Shown piece by piece: positions 37,624 to 50,500 of a stretch of DNA of 64,000 bases (position 1 is its first letter; each line of letters begins with the position of its first letter). The stretch is from Selaginella moellendorffii (taxonomy: Eukaryota > Plantae > Lycopodiophyta), in assembly GCF_000143415.4 (NCBI RefSeq), contig NW_003314319.1:524365-588364 (forward strand), read 5' to 3'. The notes beneath the pieces are model-generated. The model made no database searches and was not told the origin of the DNA. It worked only from the letters and a program-made list of their open reading frames with translations. Made by a program: the position numbers and the translations under genes.

Positions 37624-39760
37624 ACACATATATATCCCTTAATCACTGGAAAATAGTTAGAAGGAGTCATTTACAGCCAAATCTTCTTTATGTGCTATGC
37701 AATGTACTAGTACAATATAAGGAACAATGTAATGATTGCTTCAAAATCATAACTTCTTTTTAGTAGAGATGTATAGCCTCTTCGTGCAAAAACAATTTTC
37801 TTTCTAAAATCAATGTAATAAAAGCATTTCATTCCCTCATTTAGATGAATTATTAATAGTGTCCTTTTTAGGCCTCTCACTCTTATAATTGTTCATTGTC
37901 AGTATTGTGAGAATTTAATCAAACCTAAAATAAGAGTTTAGCCCTATGTTTAGCTTCATTGTTAATTATGATTGTCTACAGTTTAACCTTTTTTTTGTCC
38001 CTCAGGGATGTAGAAACAATACCTAGAATATCCAAGTATATTTTAAGATATTCTTCAATCTAAACTTTCTCTAATTCGCTTAAAACCAGTGTTTGATAGT
38101 AATTTTCTTAATATAAATCATTTTTAAAGTCCATATTTATACTTAATAGTACTTAATTTTGTTATTGATAATTACATCATTATAAATCATCCTTGGAACA
38201 TAAAAACAATATCAACTGCAATAAAAATATAATTATTCCACTTGCAATTCAAAATATTTCAAGTGCTATAATCACTAAAATGTATCTATCAAACTCCCTT
38301 TGGATTTAGGAGTCAAAAACAATTAAATTTTCCTTTTCCCCTACTTTGTTGCATCCTTAGAAATATAGCTCAATCCGTACCTTGGAAATAAATATATAAA
38401 ACACCATTATAATACCAAGTATATGAGAAAATTGACAACTTTTGTAGTGGGGAAGGTTGTTGCAATTCTTAAAGAGTTTTTCTACCCTTGTGCCCTTATT
38501 TTCTAGAGTGTATTTTGTAGTGATTGTCCACAATAAGGTCTAAATCTTAAATGTTTGTTCATAGGATTTAAACTCAAGATCTATCATATGTGGGTATATA
38601 GGATTAACATAGATAAAATTTTGAGATTAGATTAAAGTTGGAAAAGATTAGTTTTTAGAGATTATAAAATAAAATTCATTTTTTAAATTTTATTTAGTAT
38701 TTTATCAAATGTTTTATCATCTTCCCTTTTTCTGATGAGCTCATGAGAGTAAAACCCAAAAAAGTGGTTACAATTATTGAGATAGTCACAGCTATGCTGC
38801 TCAAAGAGTTAACTTATTTTTTAAAATAACTAATATTCAAAAATAAAAATATAATAATATGTTATACATTCCCAATTCAGCAACACTTGGCTTTCTTATG
38901 TATTTTAAATAGTATATATTATTATAAGATATAGGCAAACTTGAATAATTTTGCATTAGAAAAATTTGCAAGAATATGATAGAAATTAATACTACAATAA
39001 AAAGGTTTGAAATTATTTTGTTTACTAAAGAGAATGTTTGAATTCTCATATTATTTGACCTAAAACTATTTCTTGTTCATTTCTTAAGCTTGTCAATTTT
39101 ACCTTATGCAATTCTATAAGGACTTTGAAGAAGAGTTCAAGAAATCACTATCTTATTGCCACATGGATGGCCCAAGAGCTTTTGGATTGCCTCTAACACC
39201 AAGAACAACAGCCCTACTAAAAAAATGTGATAAAATTTTGTAATGAACTTCCATAGTATGTTGGCTCACATATCACTCCATCATCTATACCATTATCTAT
39301 ACCATTAGCACAATCATGACTATATTTTTAGAGAGAGTGTTCTCACCTATTTGACTAAAACTTGATCTACTAGTTTTAAATGTCCAAAAAAGAAAAAAAA
39401 CTCCCTTAGCACATGAATGATAGTGACCAGAAAGGAGTGTCTATCTTCCTAGGGATTTTGTGGATCCAGAATTGGTGTTTATATAATGTATAAAGAAACT
39501 AGAATATACTTAGTGTTTATAATTTTATAAACACAATATTTTAATCTAAATGACTATAGCTTTTTATAGGTAGGTTAAAAGGAAAACATTCTTAGTTTGT
39601 TTCGGAAACCACTTAAACCAATTCCACTCTATGAAAAAATATTTACTCCTTCCTTCCAAAGATCCATCGCCATCCAAGACGTGAATCCATGCCCGAAGAA
39701 GAGATAGAGAATAGAGGCATAAGTTCTCATTGATAATATAAATTGTAAGGTGCAAGTTTT
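34530..39760. mobile_element. ~5-kb AT-rich, CpG-depleted insertion, probably a decayed transposon relic
   Basis: Sharp compositional shift, very few CpG, no long ORFs and an internal (TA)n tract. It is absent from the other array repeat units. The family cannot be identified by eye. Confidence 0.4.
37565..37620. repeat. (TA)n microsatellite
   Basis: Seen directly. Confidence 0.95.
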
Positions 39761-39986
39761 CCGTTCTAAACTCCTTGCTGAAGATCCTTGATCGATCAAT
39801 TCACCTGTGTAGAGCTCGCCACCACAGCCGCCACCACAAAATTCTTCATCATCTTGGATCAAATTGCTCTTCTTTTTCCACGTTCTATGATTTTCGCTGT
39901 GGGAATCGTCCATGTCGGTGGCTGCCATGCCTATGAAAAGCAAACACTTCTCGAAGTGAAGGTACTGTAGGGGTTTTTTTGCGAGT

Positions 39987-41264
39987 ATGGAGAGAGCTTG
40001 CGTGATTGGCGCTGGTGGCTTCATTGCGTCGTGGATTGTTGCCAAGCTGCTGGATCGAGGCTACACAGTGCATGGCACCGTTCGAGATCCAGGTGAGCGA
40101 TGGATTGATCGATTCTTGGCCGCATTTTGACTTTTGATTCCTTTTGATTCTTTTTGATTCTAGACGACGATGAGAAGTATGGGCATTTGAAGAAGCTCCC
40201 GGGCGCCAGCGAGAGATTATCACTGTTTAGAGCTGATGTTCTCGACTATGACTCGCTTGTGCCCGCTGTTCGTGGCTGCCATGTTGTCTTCCACACCGCT
40301 TGTCCCGTTGCCCATAAGTTTGAGGATCCAGACGTGAGTTTTTCTTTTCTCTTGGAGATTTTTTCCTTTTCATCTGGTACTGCTGACAGGCTGTGTTAAA
40401 ACCCGCCGTGGATGGCACTCGAAATGTGATGGAAGCTTGCCACAAGGAGAATATCAAGCGTGTTGTGTTCACCTCCTCTGGAGCTGCCATGATTTTCGAT
40501 CCAAATCGCTCTCGAGATCAAATCATCGATGAGAGCTGCTGGTCTGATCCTGAAGCCTGCCGAAAGCACCAGGTAAAGGAAGAGAAAACGCTAGATTCTT
40601 TTCAAAAACTTCTATCACGATTTTTCTTCCAGCAATGGTACAGGCTTGCTAAAACCGAGTCGGAGAAGCTCGTTAGCAAACTTGGCGACGAGTTTGGGAT
40701 CCGTGTTGTTGTCATCTGCCCTGTTGTTGTGCTTGGCCCCATCTTGCAATCCAAGATCAACGCCAGCGTTGGACTCGTGGCAACTCTGATGAATGGTATG
40801 TCAACGTACAATTTTTCTTCATTTTTCTTAATATAAAGAAGGAAACTTTGTTCTTGCGCAGGCTCGAAAACCAGCTACCCGAACATATACTTTGCACTAG
40901 TGGACGTGCGAGATGTTGCCGAGGCACACATTGCGGGCTACGAGGATCCCAACGCCTCTGGCCGCTACTTCTGCATTGCATGCTCCAAGCTTTGCAAGGA
41001 GATGATCGAGACTCTCAAGGAGAACTTCCCACAGTACTCGTACCCAGAAAAGTAAGCCATTCCTTCTGGTTCTTGTATAATCAAAAACATATCTTCTTTT
41101 TATTTTGTAGGTGTGAAACTGAAGCAGATTTATTCGAGAAGTTCTTGAATTTATTTGAGAAGTTCTCGAACAAAAAGATCCTGTCCCTCATCAAGGAGTT
41201 CATCCCCTACGAGAAGATGCTGGTGGACACGGTCGCTAGCCTGCAAGAGAAAGGCTTGCTCTAA
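39987..41264 (+). CDS. CCR-like/DFR-like SDR (copy 3)
   Basis: Same exon structure, QWYRLAK. The last exon has a small in-frame duplication ([14 protein letters not shown]). Confidence 0.88.
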
Positions 41265-41304
41265 ATGCCGTGCTCAAAACTCCTACAAGCACTGGTACTC
41301 TCGC

Positions 41305-41820
41305 TACTTACAGATCCGTCAAACACTTCCAGGATTCAAAAGTGCATATCGAGGCGGCTCTTCGTTTGCAAAATACGTTTTTCCACCCTGAATTTTTCAT
41401 TAGCAGCAAAGTTTCTTCCAGCTTCTCTAAGCTGCCGGTGCCGGATGCACTGGTCTTTCTCCGCGGAGATCCACCCTCTGTTTGGATCGCTCCACTGGCG
41501 TGGTGTTCCGTGCAAGAAAACCGTGAGGCCGGAGTCCCGGAGCTTGGCAACCTTTGCGATCTCTTCCAAGATACTGTGTCGTCCGCCGCACTCGTTCCTC
41601 CCGACGTCGATGTAGTGGAACTGCTCGATGCTGTCGAGGAACTCTTTGCTGATACGAGGAATCGAGGCAAGGCCAAGCTCTCCCTCCTTTTCTTTCTTCA
41701 CTGCGGCAGATTGTAGCACGCCTTCTGATCCCGGCTGTGTAAGTGCGCTAGCTCCGCCATCAACTGGTTTAAAACCGCACCAACCTTTGCTAAAATCCAT
41801 GACGATCGTCCTGTGTTATC
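41305..41820 (-). pseudogene. Duplicated 3' exon fragment of the C2orf69/UPF0565 gene
   Basis: Near-identical to 46361-46880 (FHYIDVG, HGTPRQWSD, ISAEKD) but frameshifted. Confidence 0.85.
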
Positions 41821-42235
41821 ATCGCAATGGCAACCACTCCTGGATCTAAATCATTGGCACGAGTGAGACTGAGTGAGGATATGGCGATCGCTCTCCAGAT
41901 TGGCAAGATGGCCCGAGAGGAATCTAAACCGATGCCAGCAACTGTTTCCGGAATTGCCAAGGCGCAGCAATGACAAATGTATGCAACACTTCAAAACCAA
42001 TGCATCAAGACATTTTCTAGGGAGAATTCAAAAGCAAGATAGGGCCATCCCCGGTGTCTTGTTTGAATATTTGGTGATGGTGGCCAAAAGAGCTTTTCTG
42101 TAGTTCGAGCTTGCTCCTCAAAAGAGAGAAGCTTTGAACCAAACCTTCCCTACAGATCTCCTTTCGATCTCCTCTTGGTAGTGCACCCACCTTAAATCGA
42201 GACGGTGATCATGCTCCAACAAATGGCCTGCTACC

Positions 42236-42420
42236 ATGTTTTCTTCCTCTGGGGAACCCGCATTCGTATGATCCTCGCGGTCTTCCAGCGCACGCGATGG
42301 TCAGCGCTCTAAGAGACGTCGCCTCTTGGGTAAAATACTCGAAGAATTCGTGTTTCTTCTTTTCTTTCTAGGTGAACGGGCAGCTTGAGCATTCCAAAGG
42401 CTACTTCTAGTCTGGAAAAA
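42236..42420 (+). pseudogene. Inverted fragment of the C2orf69/UPF0565 gene (exon1/intron/exon2 junction)
   Basis: cccgcattcgtatgatcctcgcggtct...taggtgaacgggcagcttgagc is the reverse complement of ~46920-47080. Confidence 0.8.
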
Positions 42421-42571
42421 AACTTTTGCCCACACGCTCAAAGTTTTCTTCATGTTTCCGCACGAATTCCGCTTGATCCAAATCAACGACGTATAATGTG
42501 ACTTTTTCTCTTCAGACGAAACGAAAAAGACAAGCACAATATACAAATGAGAGTTAACTGTAGGGCTGCTT

Positions 42572-42671
42572 NNNNNNNNNNNNNNNNNNNNNNNNNNNNN
42601 NNNNNNNNNNNNNNNNNNNNNNNNNNNNNNNNNNNNNNNNNNNNNNNNNNNNNNNNNNNNNNNNNNNNNNN
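42572..42671. other. Assembly gap (100 N)
   Basis: Seen directly. It covers the A of the copy-4 start codon. Confidence 0.99.
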
Positions 42672-43896
42672 TGGAGGGAGGGAGGAGAGCTTGCGTGATA
42701 GGCGCCGGCGGCTTCATCGCGTCATGGATCGTCGCCAAGCTGCTGGATCGAGGCTACAAAGTTCATGGCACCGTTCGAGATCCAGGTGAGTAATGTATTC
42801 ATTATCGATACTTGGCCACATTTTGGCTGGATTCTAGACGACGATGAGAAGAATGGGCATTTGAAGAAGCTCCCTGGCGCCGGATTATCGCTGTTTAGAG
42901 CTGATGTTCTCGACTATGAGTCGCTTGTGCCCGCCGTTCGTGGTTGCGATGTTGTCTTCCACACCGCTTGTCCCGTAGCTCCAAACTTTGAGGATCCAGA
43001 CGTAAGTTCTGGAGATTTTCTTCTTCTCATCGATCGTACTACTAACAGGCTGTGTTAAAACCTGCCGTGGATGGCACTCGAAATGTAATGGAAGCTTGCC
43101 ACAAGGAGAATATCAAGCGTGTTGTGTTCACCTCCTCTGTAGCTGCCATGGTATATGATCCAAATCGACCTCGAGATCAGATAATCGATGAGTGCTGCTG
43201 GTCTGATCCTGAGTCCTGCCGAAAGAACCAGGTAAAGGAAGAGAAAACGCTTAAAAACTTCTAACTATTTCTGTTCCAGAAATGGTACATACTTGCTAAA
43301 ACCGAGTCGGAGAAGCTTGTTGCCAAACTTGGCGACGATTTTGGAATTCGTGTTGTTGCGATCTGCCCTGTTCTGGTTCTAGGCCCTATCTTGCAATCCA
43401 AGATCAACTCTAGCGTTGGAATCCTGGCAAATCTGATGAATGGTATGTAACACCAGCTTGTTCTTTTTCTTTTTCTTTTTCTTTTAAGGAAGCTTTGTTC
43501 TTGCGCAGGCTCGAAAACTAGCTACCCCAACTCATACTATCCTCTCGCGGACGTGCGAGATGTTGCCGAGGCGCACATTGCCGGATACGAGGATCCCGAC
43601 GCCTCTGCCCGCTACTACTGTGTTGCGTACTCGAAGCATTGCAAGGAGATGATCGAGACACTCAAGGAAGACTTCCCACAATACTCGTACCCAGACAGGT
43701 AAGCCATTCCTATGGTTCTTATATGATTAAGAGATTTTTCTTTCTATTCTGCAGGTGTGAAGGTGAGACCACTCAAGGCCATCCATTCGAGAAGATCTCG
43801 AACAAGAAGATCCTGTCCCTCATCAAGGAGTTCATCCCCTACGAGAAGGTGCTGGTGGACACGGTCGTTAGCCTGCAAGAGAAAGGCTTGCTCTGA
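42671..43896 (+). CDS. CCR-like/DFR-like SDR (copy 4)
   Basis: Same structure, KWYILAK, and a short in-frame deletion (LPGAGLSL). The start codon abuts the gap. Confidence 0.82.
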
Positions 43897-43919
43897 ACGC
43901 TCGCTCAAAAGTCCTACAA

Positions 43920-44380
43920 ACTTACAGATCCGAACTGAGAGATCAAACGCTTCCAGGATTAAAAAGCGCATGTCGATTCATCTGTTTTCCGCATCTCTAA
44001 GCTCCCGGATGCACCGGTGGCCTCTGTTTGGATCGCTCCACTTGCGTGGTGTTATGAAAACCGAGTCCCGGAGAAGCTGTCGTGAGCGCCGCACTCATTC
44101 ATCCCGATGTTGAACATAGCGGAACTGCTCGATGCTGTCGAGGACGAGGAATCGACACAAGCTATTTGCTGCACCGGATCTCAGAGAAAGAAAAGGGATA
44201 GAGCTTGATGATTTTGCCTCGATTCCTCGGACCATTAAAGAATTCCTCGAGCAACTGATGGCAGCTGGGGATCAACAACGATATGGGAGAACAACGACAT
44301 GGCGCTAAACCACACCATGACGATCGTCCTGTGCTTTCCCAGGCTAGAAGTAGTGCCTGATTCCATCGCTTCCTCCTGAG
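43920..44380 (-). pseudogene. Heavily deleted fragment of the C2orf69/UPF0565 3' exon
   Basis: Patchy identity to 46361-46920. Confidence 0.7.
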
Positions 44381-44559
44381 ATGTGCCTGGGACGGAACGC
44401 GACTATTCCAAGATGTGAATAATCACAAAAGAAGACATTGACAGATTACAACAGTTGTTCATCACAAATATGTGTGCTTGGCCCGTCTCTCTGGAGTCGT
44501 TTGTCATGGCATCTTACATCGCCAACGATTCAGAAAAGATACCGGGAATAGGCATATGC

Positions 44560-44800
44560 CATCGCGTTCCGCCATCTTTCTTTGGATTTATTTACATTAA
44601 ATCTCTTGATATATTGGTTTTGCTACGCATTTGCCACATGTTTCCGTTAGCAAGTTTTAGGACGCGTCTTGGCATCTCTGGAAGCACTTGCTGGCATCGG
44701 TTTAGATTCCCTCTTTTGGCAAATTTAGTGTTTTCGGGGCCACTTCCCAGCCCAGCGCTAGCTTGGAGAGTAATTGCCATTATTCAGGAGATCATCTGCA
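44560..44800 (-). pseudogene. Degenerate PPR-like fragment, with an inverted paralog at ~41880-42020
   Basis: KRGNLNRCQQVLPEMPRR resembles the PPR consensus KCGSLDRARQVFDEMPRR. gaatctaaaccgatgccagca is shared with ~41920 in the opposite orientation. Confidence 0.4.
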
Positions 44801-45074
44801 AAATACTCTCTCATCAGCCCCTGCCAGATTGACATCCTGGCGACCACCTCGATGATACTTTTGCCCACTTAACGTTTTCGCGTAAATTCTATGGTGGTGG
44901 CAGTGCCAATGCAGCGATTGAAACGTCCTCTTGAGGAGCACAGTGGAACGTGTGCTGTTCCCAGAAGTTGGCATCGACGTCTACTGTGACTTTTTCTCTT
45001 CAGACAAAAGGCAAAGGACGAGGCCGGGTGAAATATACGAAACAAATGAGGACTGTAGTGCTTTGCGAGCGACT

Positions 45075-46334
45075 ATGGAGGGAGGGAAGAGAGCTTGCGT
45101 GATAGGCGCCGGTGGCTTCATTGCGTCGTGGATTGTCGCCAAGCTGCTGGATCGAGGCTACAAAGTTCATGGCACCGTTCGGGATCCAGGTGAGCGATGG
45201 ATTGATTGATAATTCCTGGCTTTTGATTCCTTTGGATTTGTAGACGATGATGAGAAGTATGGGCATTTGAAGAAGCTCCCGGGCGCCAGCGAGAGATTAT
45301 CGCTGTTTAGAGCTGATGTTCTCGACTATGACTCGCTTGTGCCCGCTGTTCGTGGCTGCGATGTTGTCTTCCACACCGCCTGTCCCGTTGCTCATAAGTT
45401 TGAGGATCCAGACGTGAGTTTTTCTTCTTTCTTGGGAGATTTTTTCGTTGTCATCGATCATACTGCTGTCAATAGGCTGTGCTAAAACCTGCCATGGACG
45501 GCACTCGAAATGTGATGGAAGCTTGCCACAAGGAGAATATCAAGCGCGTTGTGTTCACCTCCTCTGGAGCTGCCATAATTTTTGATCCAAATCGCCCTCA
45601 AGACCAAATCATCGATGAGAGCTGCTGGTCTGATCCTGAAGCCTGCCGAAAGTACGAGGTAAAAGAAGAGGAAACGCTGGATCTTGTTTTCAAAAGCCTC
45701 TAAACTTGTCACGAGTTTTCTTCCAGGAGTGGTACAGGCTTGCTAAAACCGAGTCGGAGAAGCTCGTTAGCAAACTTGGCGACGAGTTTGGGATCCATGT
45801 TGTTGTCATCTGCCCTGTTGTGGTGCTTGGCCCCATCTTGCAATCCAAGATCAACGCCAGCGTTGGACTCGTGGCAATTCTGATGAATGGTATGTCAACG
45901 CCCAGACTTTTCTTCTTTCTTACAAAGAAGGAAACTCTGTTCTTGCGCAGGCTCGAAAACCAGCTACCCGAACACATACTTTGGACTAGTGGACGTGCGA
46001 GATGTTGCCGAGGCACACATTGCCGGCTACGAGGATCCCAACGCCTCTGGCCGCTACATCTGTATTGCATGCTCCAAGCTTTGCAAGGAGATGATCGAGA
46101 CTCTCAAGGAGAACTTCCCACAGTACTCCTACCCAGACAAGTAAGCCATTCCTTCTCGTTCTTCCATGATCAAGAACATATTTTTCTTGCAGGTGTGAAG
46201 GTGAGACCACTCAAGGCAATTCATTCGAGAAGATGTCGAACAAGAAGATCCTGTCCCTCATCAAGGAGTTCATCCCCTACGAGAAGATGCTGGTGGACAC
46301 GGTTGCTAGCCTGCAAGAGAAAGGCTTGCTCTAA
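45075..46334 (+). CDS. CCR-like/DFR-like SDR (copy 5)
   Basis: Intact six-exon model, EWYRLAK. Confidence 0.9.
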
Positions 46335-46360
46335 ACGCAATGCTCCAAACTCCTCGCTAC

Positions 46361-47447
46361 TTACAGATCCGGAACGGAGAGATCAAACGCTTCCAGGATT
46401 GAAAAGTGCATGTCGAGACTGGGCTCTTCGTCTGCAAAGTACGTTTTTTCTTCCACCCTGAGCTTTCCATTAGCAGCAAACTTTCTTCCAGCTTCTCTAA
46501 GCTGTCGGATGCACTGGTCTTTCTCCGCGGAGATCCACCCTCTGTTTGAATCGCTCCATTGGCGTGGTGTTCCGTGCATGAAAACCGTGAGGCCGGAGTC
46601 CCGGAGCTTCGCAACCTTTGCGATCTCTTCCAAGACACTGTCGTCCGTGGTGTAAGCGCCGCACTCGTTCATCCCGACGTCGATGTAGTGGAACTGCTCG
46701 ATGCTGTCCAGGAACTCTTCGCTGGTACGAGGAATCGATGCAAACTCGCCAAGCTCCACCTCTTTTTCTTTCTCCGAGCGCGTCTTGTGATCCGGGCCGT
46801 GTAAGTGCGCTAGCTCCGCCATGAGCTGGTTTAAAACCACACCACCTTTGCTAAAACCCATGACGATCGTCCTGTGCTTTCCCAGGCAAGAAGTAGCGCG
46901 TGATTCCATTCGCTTCCTCCCTTTGGAAAGCTCAAGCTGCCCGTTCACCTACAAAACCAACGAATTCTCTCAAAGTTCTTCGAGTGTATCTTACCTGAGA
47001 GGCGACGTCTTTGAGAACGCTGATCGTCGTCGCGGCCGCTGGGAGACCGCGAGGATCATACGAATGCGGGCTCCCCCATGGATTGAGGTGAGGAAGAAAA
47101 CAATCGTAGCAGGCCATGGAATTCCACGCGAATCGGGGCGCCTCCACGACCCAGACATCCGCCCGGGGCCCTAGCTTGCGCGCGATCACGGGGCCGACGT
47201 TCCTGATCTTGGAGAGGCACTCCACTGTGGGGCTGAGGCAGCAATCAATGTGCTTGACGCGATCCCCCATGAAGAGGATCGCATTGAGGCGCTGGGAATC
47301 GCGGCAGGGGCCATCGGTGCCGAGAGCTAGATCGGAGAAGACGGAGGGGACGATCGACCCAGCGCGTGCGCTCACCACTGTGGAAACCCTCTTCTCCGAG
47401 GCCATGAGGCCAAGAAATAGAGGCGGCCTAAAGCGAGAATATGCCAT
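46361..47447 (-). CDS. UPF0565/C2orf69 homolog (alpha/beta hydrolase-like), possible mitochondrial transit peptide
   Basis: TIVMGFSKGGVVLNQL, FHYIDVG, HGTPRQW...WISAEKD, PSLDMHF. Two exons. Confidence 0.85.
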
Positions 47448-47519
47448 GGATCTTTAGTAGGGTTTTAAGCGAGACGAGGGAGAGAGAGAGAGGAAGGAGA
47501 GAAAGCTAGGGCTCGCAGA

Positions 47520-50500
47520 ATGGGACTGCGCGAGACGCTCCAAGAGGCGCTCCAGGCCCTGTATCATCACCCCGATCCGGAGGTTCATTCCAACGCGAAT
47601 CGATGGCTCGACGATTTCCAGCACGGAATGGATGCGTGGGGGGTAATATCGATTTGCCGGAGTGTTTTTGCAATGTGGATGTGTTCTTCCTTCCCTGCAG
47701 CTCTCGGATAGTTTGCTACATGATCCAAGCAGCAGCCTGGAGGTGTCGTATTTCTGTGCTCAAACGCTTCGAACGAAGGTTACTTTGATTGCATTCTCGA
47801 GGGCTTTGATCTTAACCGTGGATTTTTCAGATCGAACGTGACTTTGAGGATCTTCCATCCGGAGCTCCTGCGTCTTTGCGATCGTCGCTCATGGTATCTG
47901 TGAAATAAAATCTCTCTCCCATTTTCTGTTTTCTTTTTTCGTGTAGAATCTGCTTGTAAAATTTAATCAAGGTCCACCGCTTGTGAGAACACAGGTATGG
48001 ACTTTTGTTCCTTTTTTTCCCATTCTAACCTCTCACTTCAGCTGTGTTTGGCGATGGCTGCCTTGGCCATACACATGCCTTCGGAAGAATGGGGTGGAGT
48101 TGGAGTGGTGAAGTGGTTGGGACTTGAGCTCGGCTCTAATCCCAACGCCGCTCTGAGCTTGTTGGAGCTGCTAGCTGTGTTACCTCAAGTCTGTCACGCC
48201 ACTTGCGCATTCAGCCGTTTCAGCTAGTCACAACTTTCATCTTGCAGGAAGCTTACGGTACCAAAGTCACTGCCCGGCCGGAAAGAAGACGCCAATTCCA
48301 GAAGGAATTAGCGATGTCTGTACAAGACGCCTTTGCGTTGCTCGGTTCGTGCTTAAGAAGCTCTGACGGACTCCGAGAACAGGTTGGGTAACATAGGCTG
48401 TCATTTTGTTATAACGAGTTTGTTTATATGCGCAGGTTTTAGAAGCATTGGCTGCTTGGCTTCGACTTAGCAACGGGTATGGATGTATAAATGATGAGAT
48501 GCCTTTCAAGTTAATGTTTTCATACAGGATTCCTGCGAATGTGCTAGCATTGCACCCTCTTGTTCAAACAGCGCTTTCTTCTCTGCAGTCTGAACAAAAC
48601 TTTGTTGCTGCAGTTGATGGTAAAGGCTTTTATTAAATCAGCTGGGCCTTACTTTGTCAAAGTTGCAGCCGTTTCTGAGCTAATACGCTACACGATAACT
48701 GGATGTCCGGAAGATGTGGCTGTTCATATGCCTTTGGTGCAAATACTGGTCCCCTGCGTTATGGGCCTGCGTCCTCGGTTTGCAGTTGCATTGAAGGTGA
48801 TTAGTCCTGGCTTTTTTGTTCTATTTTAATGATTTTTTTAAACGCAGTCTGCTGTGTCTGAGAAGCAAGCTAAAGAAAATGGTGGCGCTACAGCTATAGA
48901 CGAAACCGATGAGGTAGCATTGTGGTGAGAATACTGCATTGCTAACATTAAGTTTTAGGACGACGAGACTGTCAAAGGAATAGCGTATTTGTTTGCAGAA
49001 ATGGGAGAAGCTTATGTTGGACTTATAGCAAGTGGTAAAAGGAATATCTTAAGCATACCTTTACTTATTAGCTGATTACCAGGTACAAATGAAGCTATAA
49101 TGATAGTGGAAGCCTTAGTTGAGGTTACATCGCATCCGGATTATCCTATTTCTTCAATGACGTTTAATTTCTGGCATCGACTTAGTCGAGCTTTAACAAA
49201 AAGGTTTGTTGCGTTTATGTATCGTAAACCGACTAAATTAATAATCACAGAGAGAACTATAGTGCCTTCGGCAGCGAGGCAGCTGGCGAAGCAGAAAGGG
49301 AACGTCGCCTCGCTATTTTTCGTCCTTACTACAGACTACTGGTGTCTTTGGTAATGGCTCTTTTATTTTTTACATTTGTATTAGAAGCATATTTTGCAGG
49401 TTAGTTCCCATGTCGCTTATCCACCCGATTTTAAGTCATGGCGAAGAGGCGAAGATGCGGATTTTCGTGAAACTCGAGCAGGTAATTTTTATAAAAAAAA
49501 ATTTTCTGGAGTTACTTCTAGCAATCCTGATTACTTTTCTCATCAGACGTTGCACACATGTTGATAGACGTCACTGTTGTCCTTGGTGGTCAAGAAACTC
49601 TTGGACTTCTAGCAGAACCTTTAACAAAAGTCAGTATTCCGGCAGACAAGAACGAATGGAATTGGCGACCTACAGAAGCTTTACTATACTGCATCCGCGC
49701 AATAGCGAAGACTGTATCTCTTTGGGAATCAACTCTAATGCCAACGGTGGGTTTAAATGAGTTCGGATGAGGTCTGAGGCTAATCACATGTACAGGTTAT
49801 GACTCTGTTACCTCAACTGCCAACAATACCGGAGGTGCTTTACACATGTAAGACAAGTTCCCTCGAAATCTTTTTCACTTGATTTTGATTATAATTTGTG
49901 AGAATGCAGCATGTTTGACTGTTGGAGCTTTTGCGGACTGGCTAGGAGCGTTTCAAAGTTCTAAAACTCTTCTTCCAACGTTGCTTGAAATGCTTATAGG
50001 CGCCCTTTGTGTTGGTGAGAGTCCGGCAGCAGCAGCCGCACTGGCCTTGAAACATGTTTGCGATGGTACTGATGTTACTTACAGTTCAATGCCTCTAAAA
50101 TGACTTAATTGCAGCTTGCAGGACGCAGTTGACTGGATCGATAGAATCTCTTCTTGCTGTTTTTCGTCAGGTAATGTCTGGAGAAGACAAAAAGAAATTT
50201 CTTCTGGATTCTGAAGGTGAATTGCAACTGGTGGAAGGTCTCAGGTAATCGTCAGTGTTGTCCGTGTTGTCCTATACACTCTGCTTATCCTTGATTATCT
50301 CAGTATGGTTGTGAGCGCCTTGCCTCCGGAGCAGCTGTTTCAGGCCTTGCAGCATCTTTGCTATCCAGTAATCACGCCACTTCAGGTATGTCGGGCAAGG
50401 CACTAATTATATTTTTCTTAATTGTTATTCGCAGCAACTCATTTTGATTTCTCAAGCGGGTACGGACACAACCTCAAGTCAATACACCATACTCATCGAT

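Noticed and set aside
34555-39665. Short imperfect inverted match (ctttggaaagaaagga vs ctttggaaggaagga) as possible terminal inverted repeats
   Set aside because: Too short and purine-biased, and no target-site duplication was identified.
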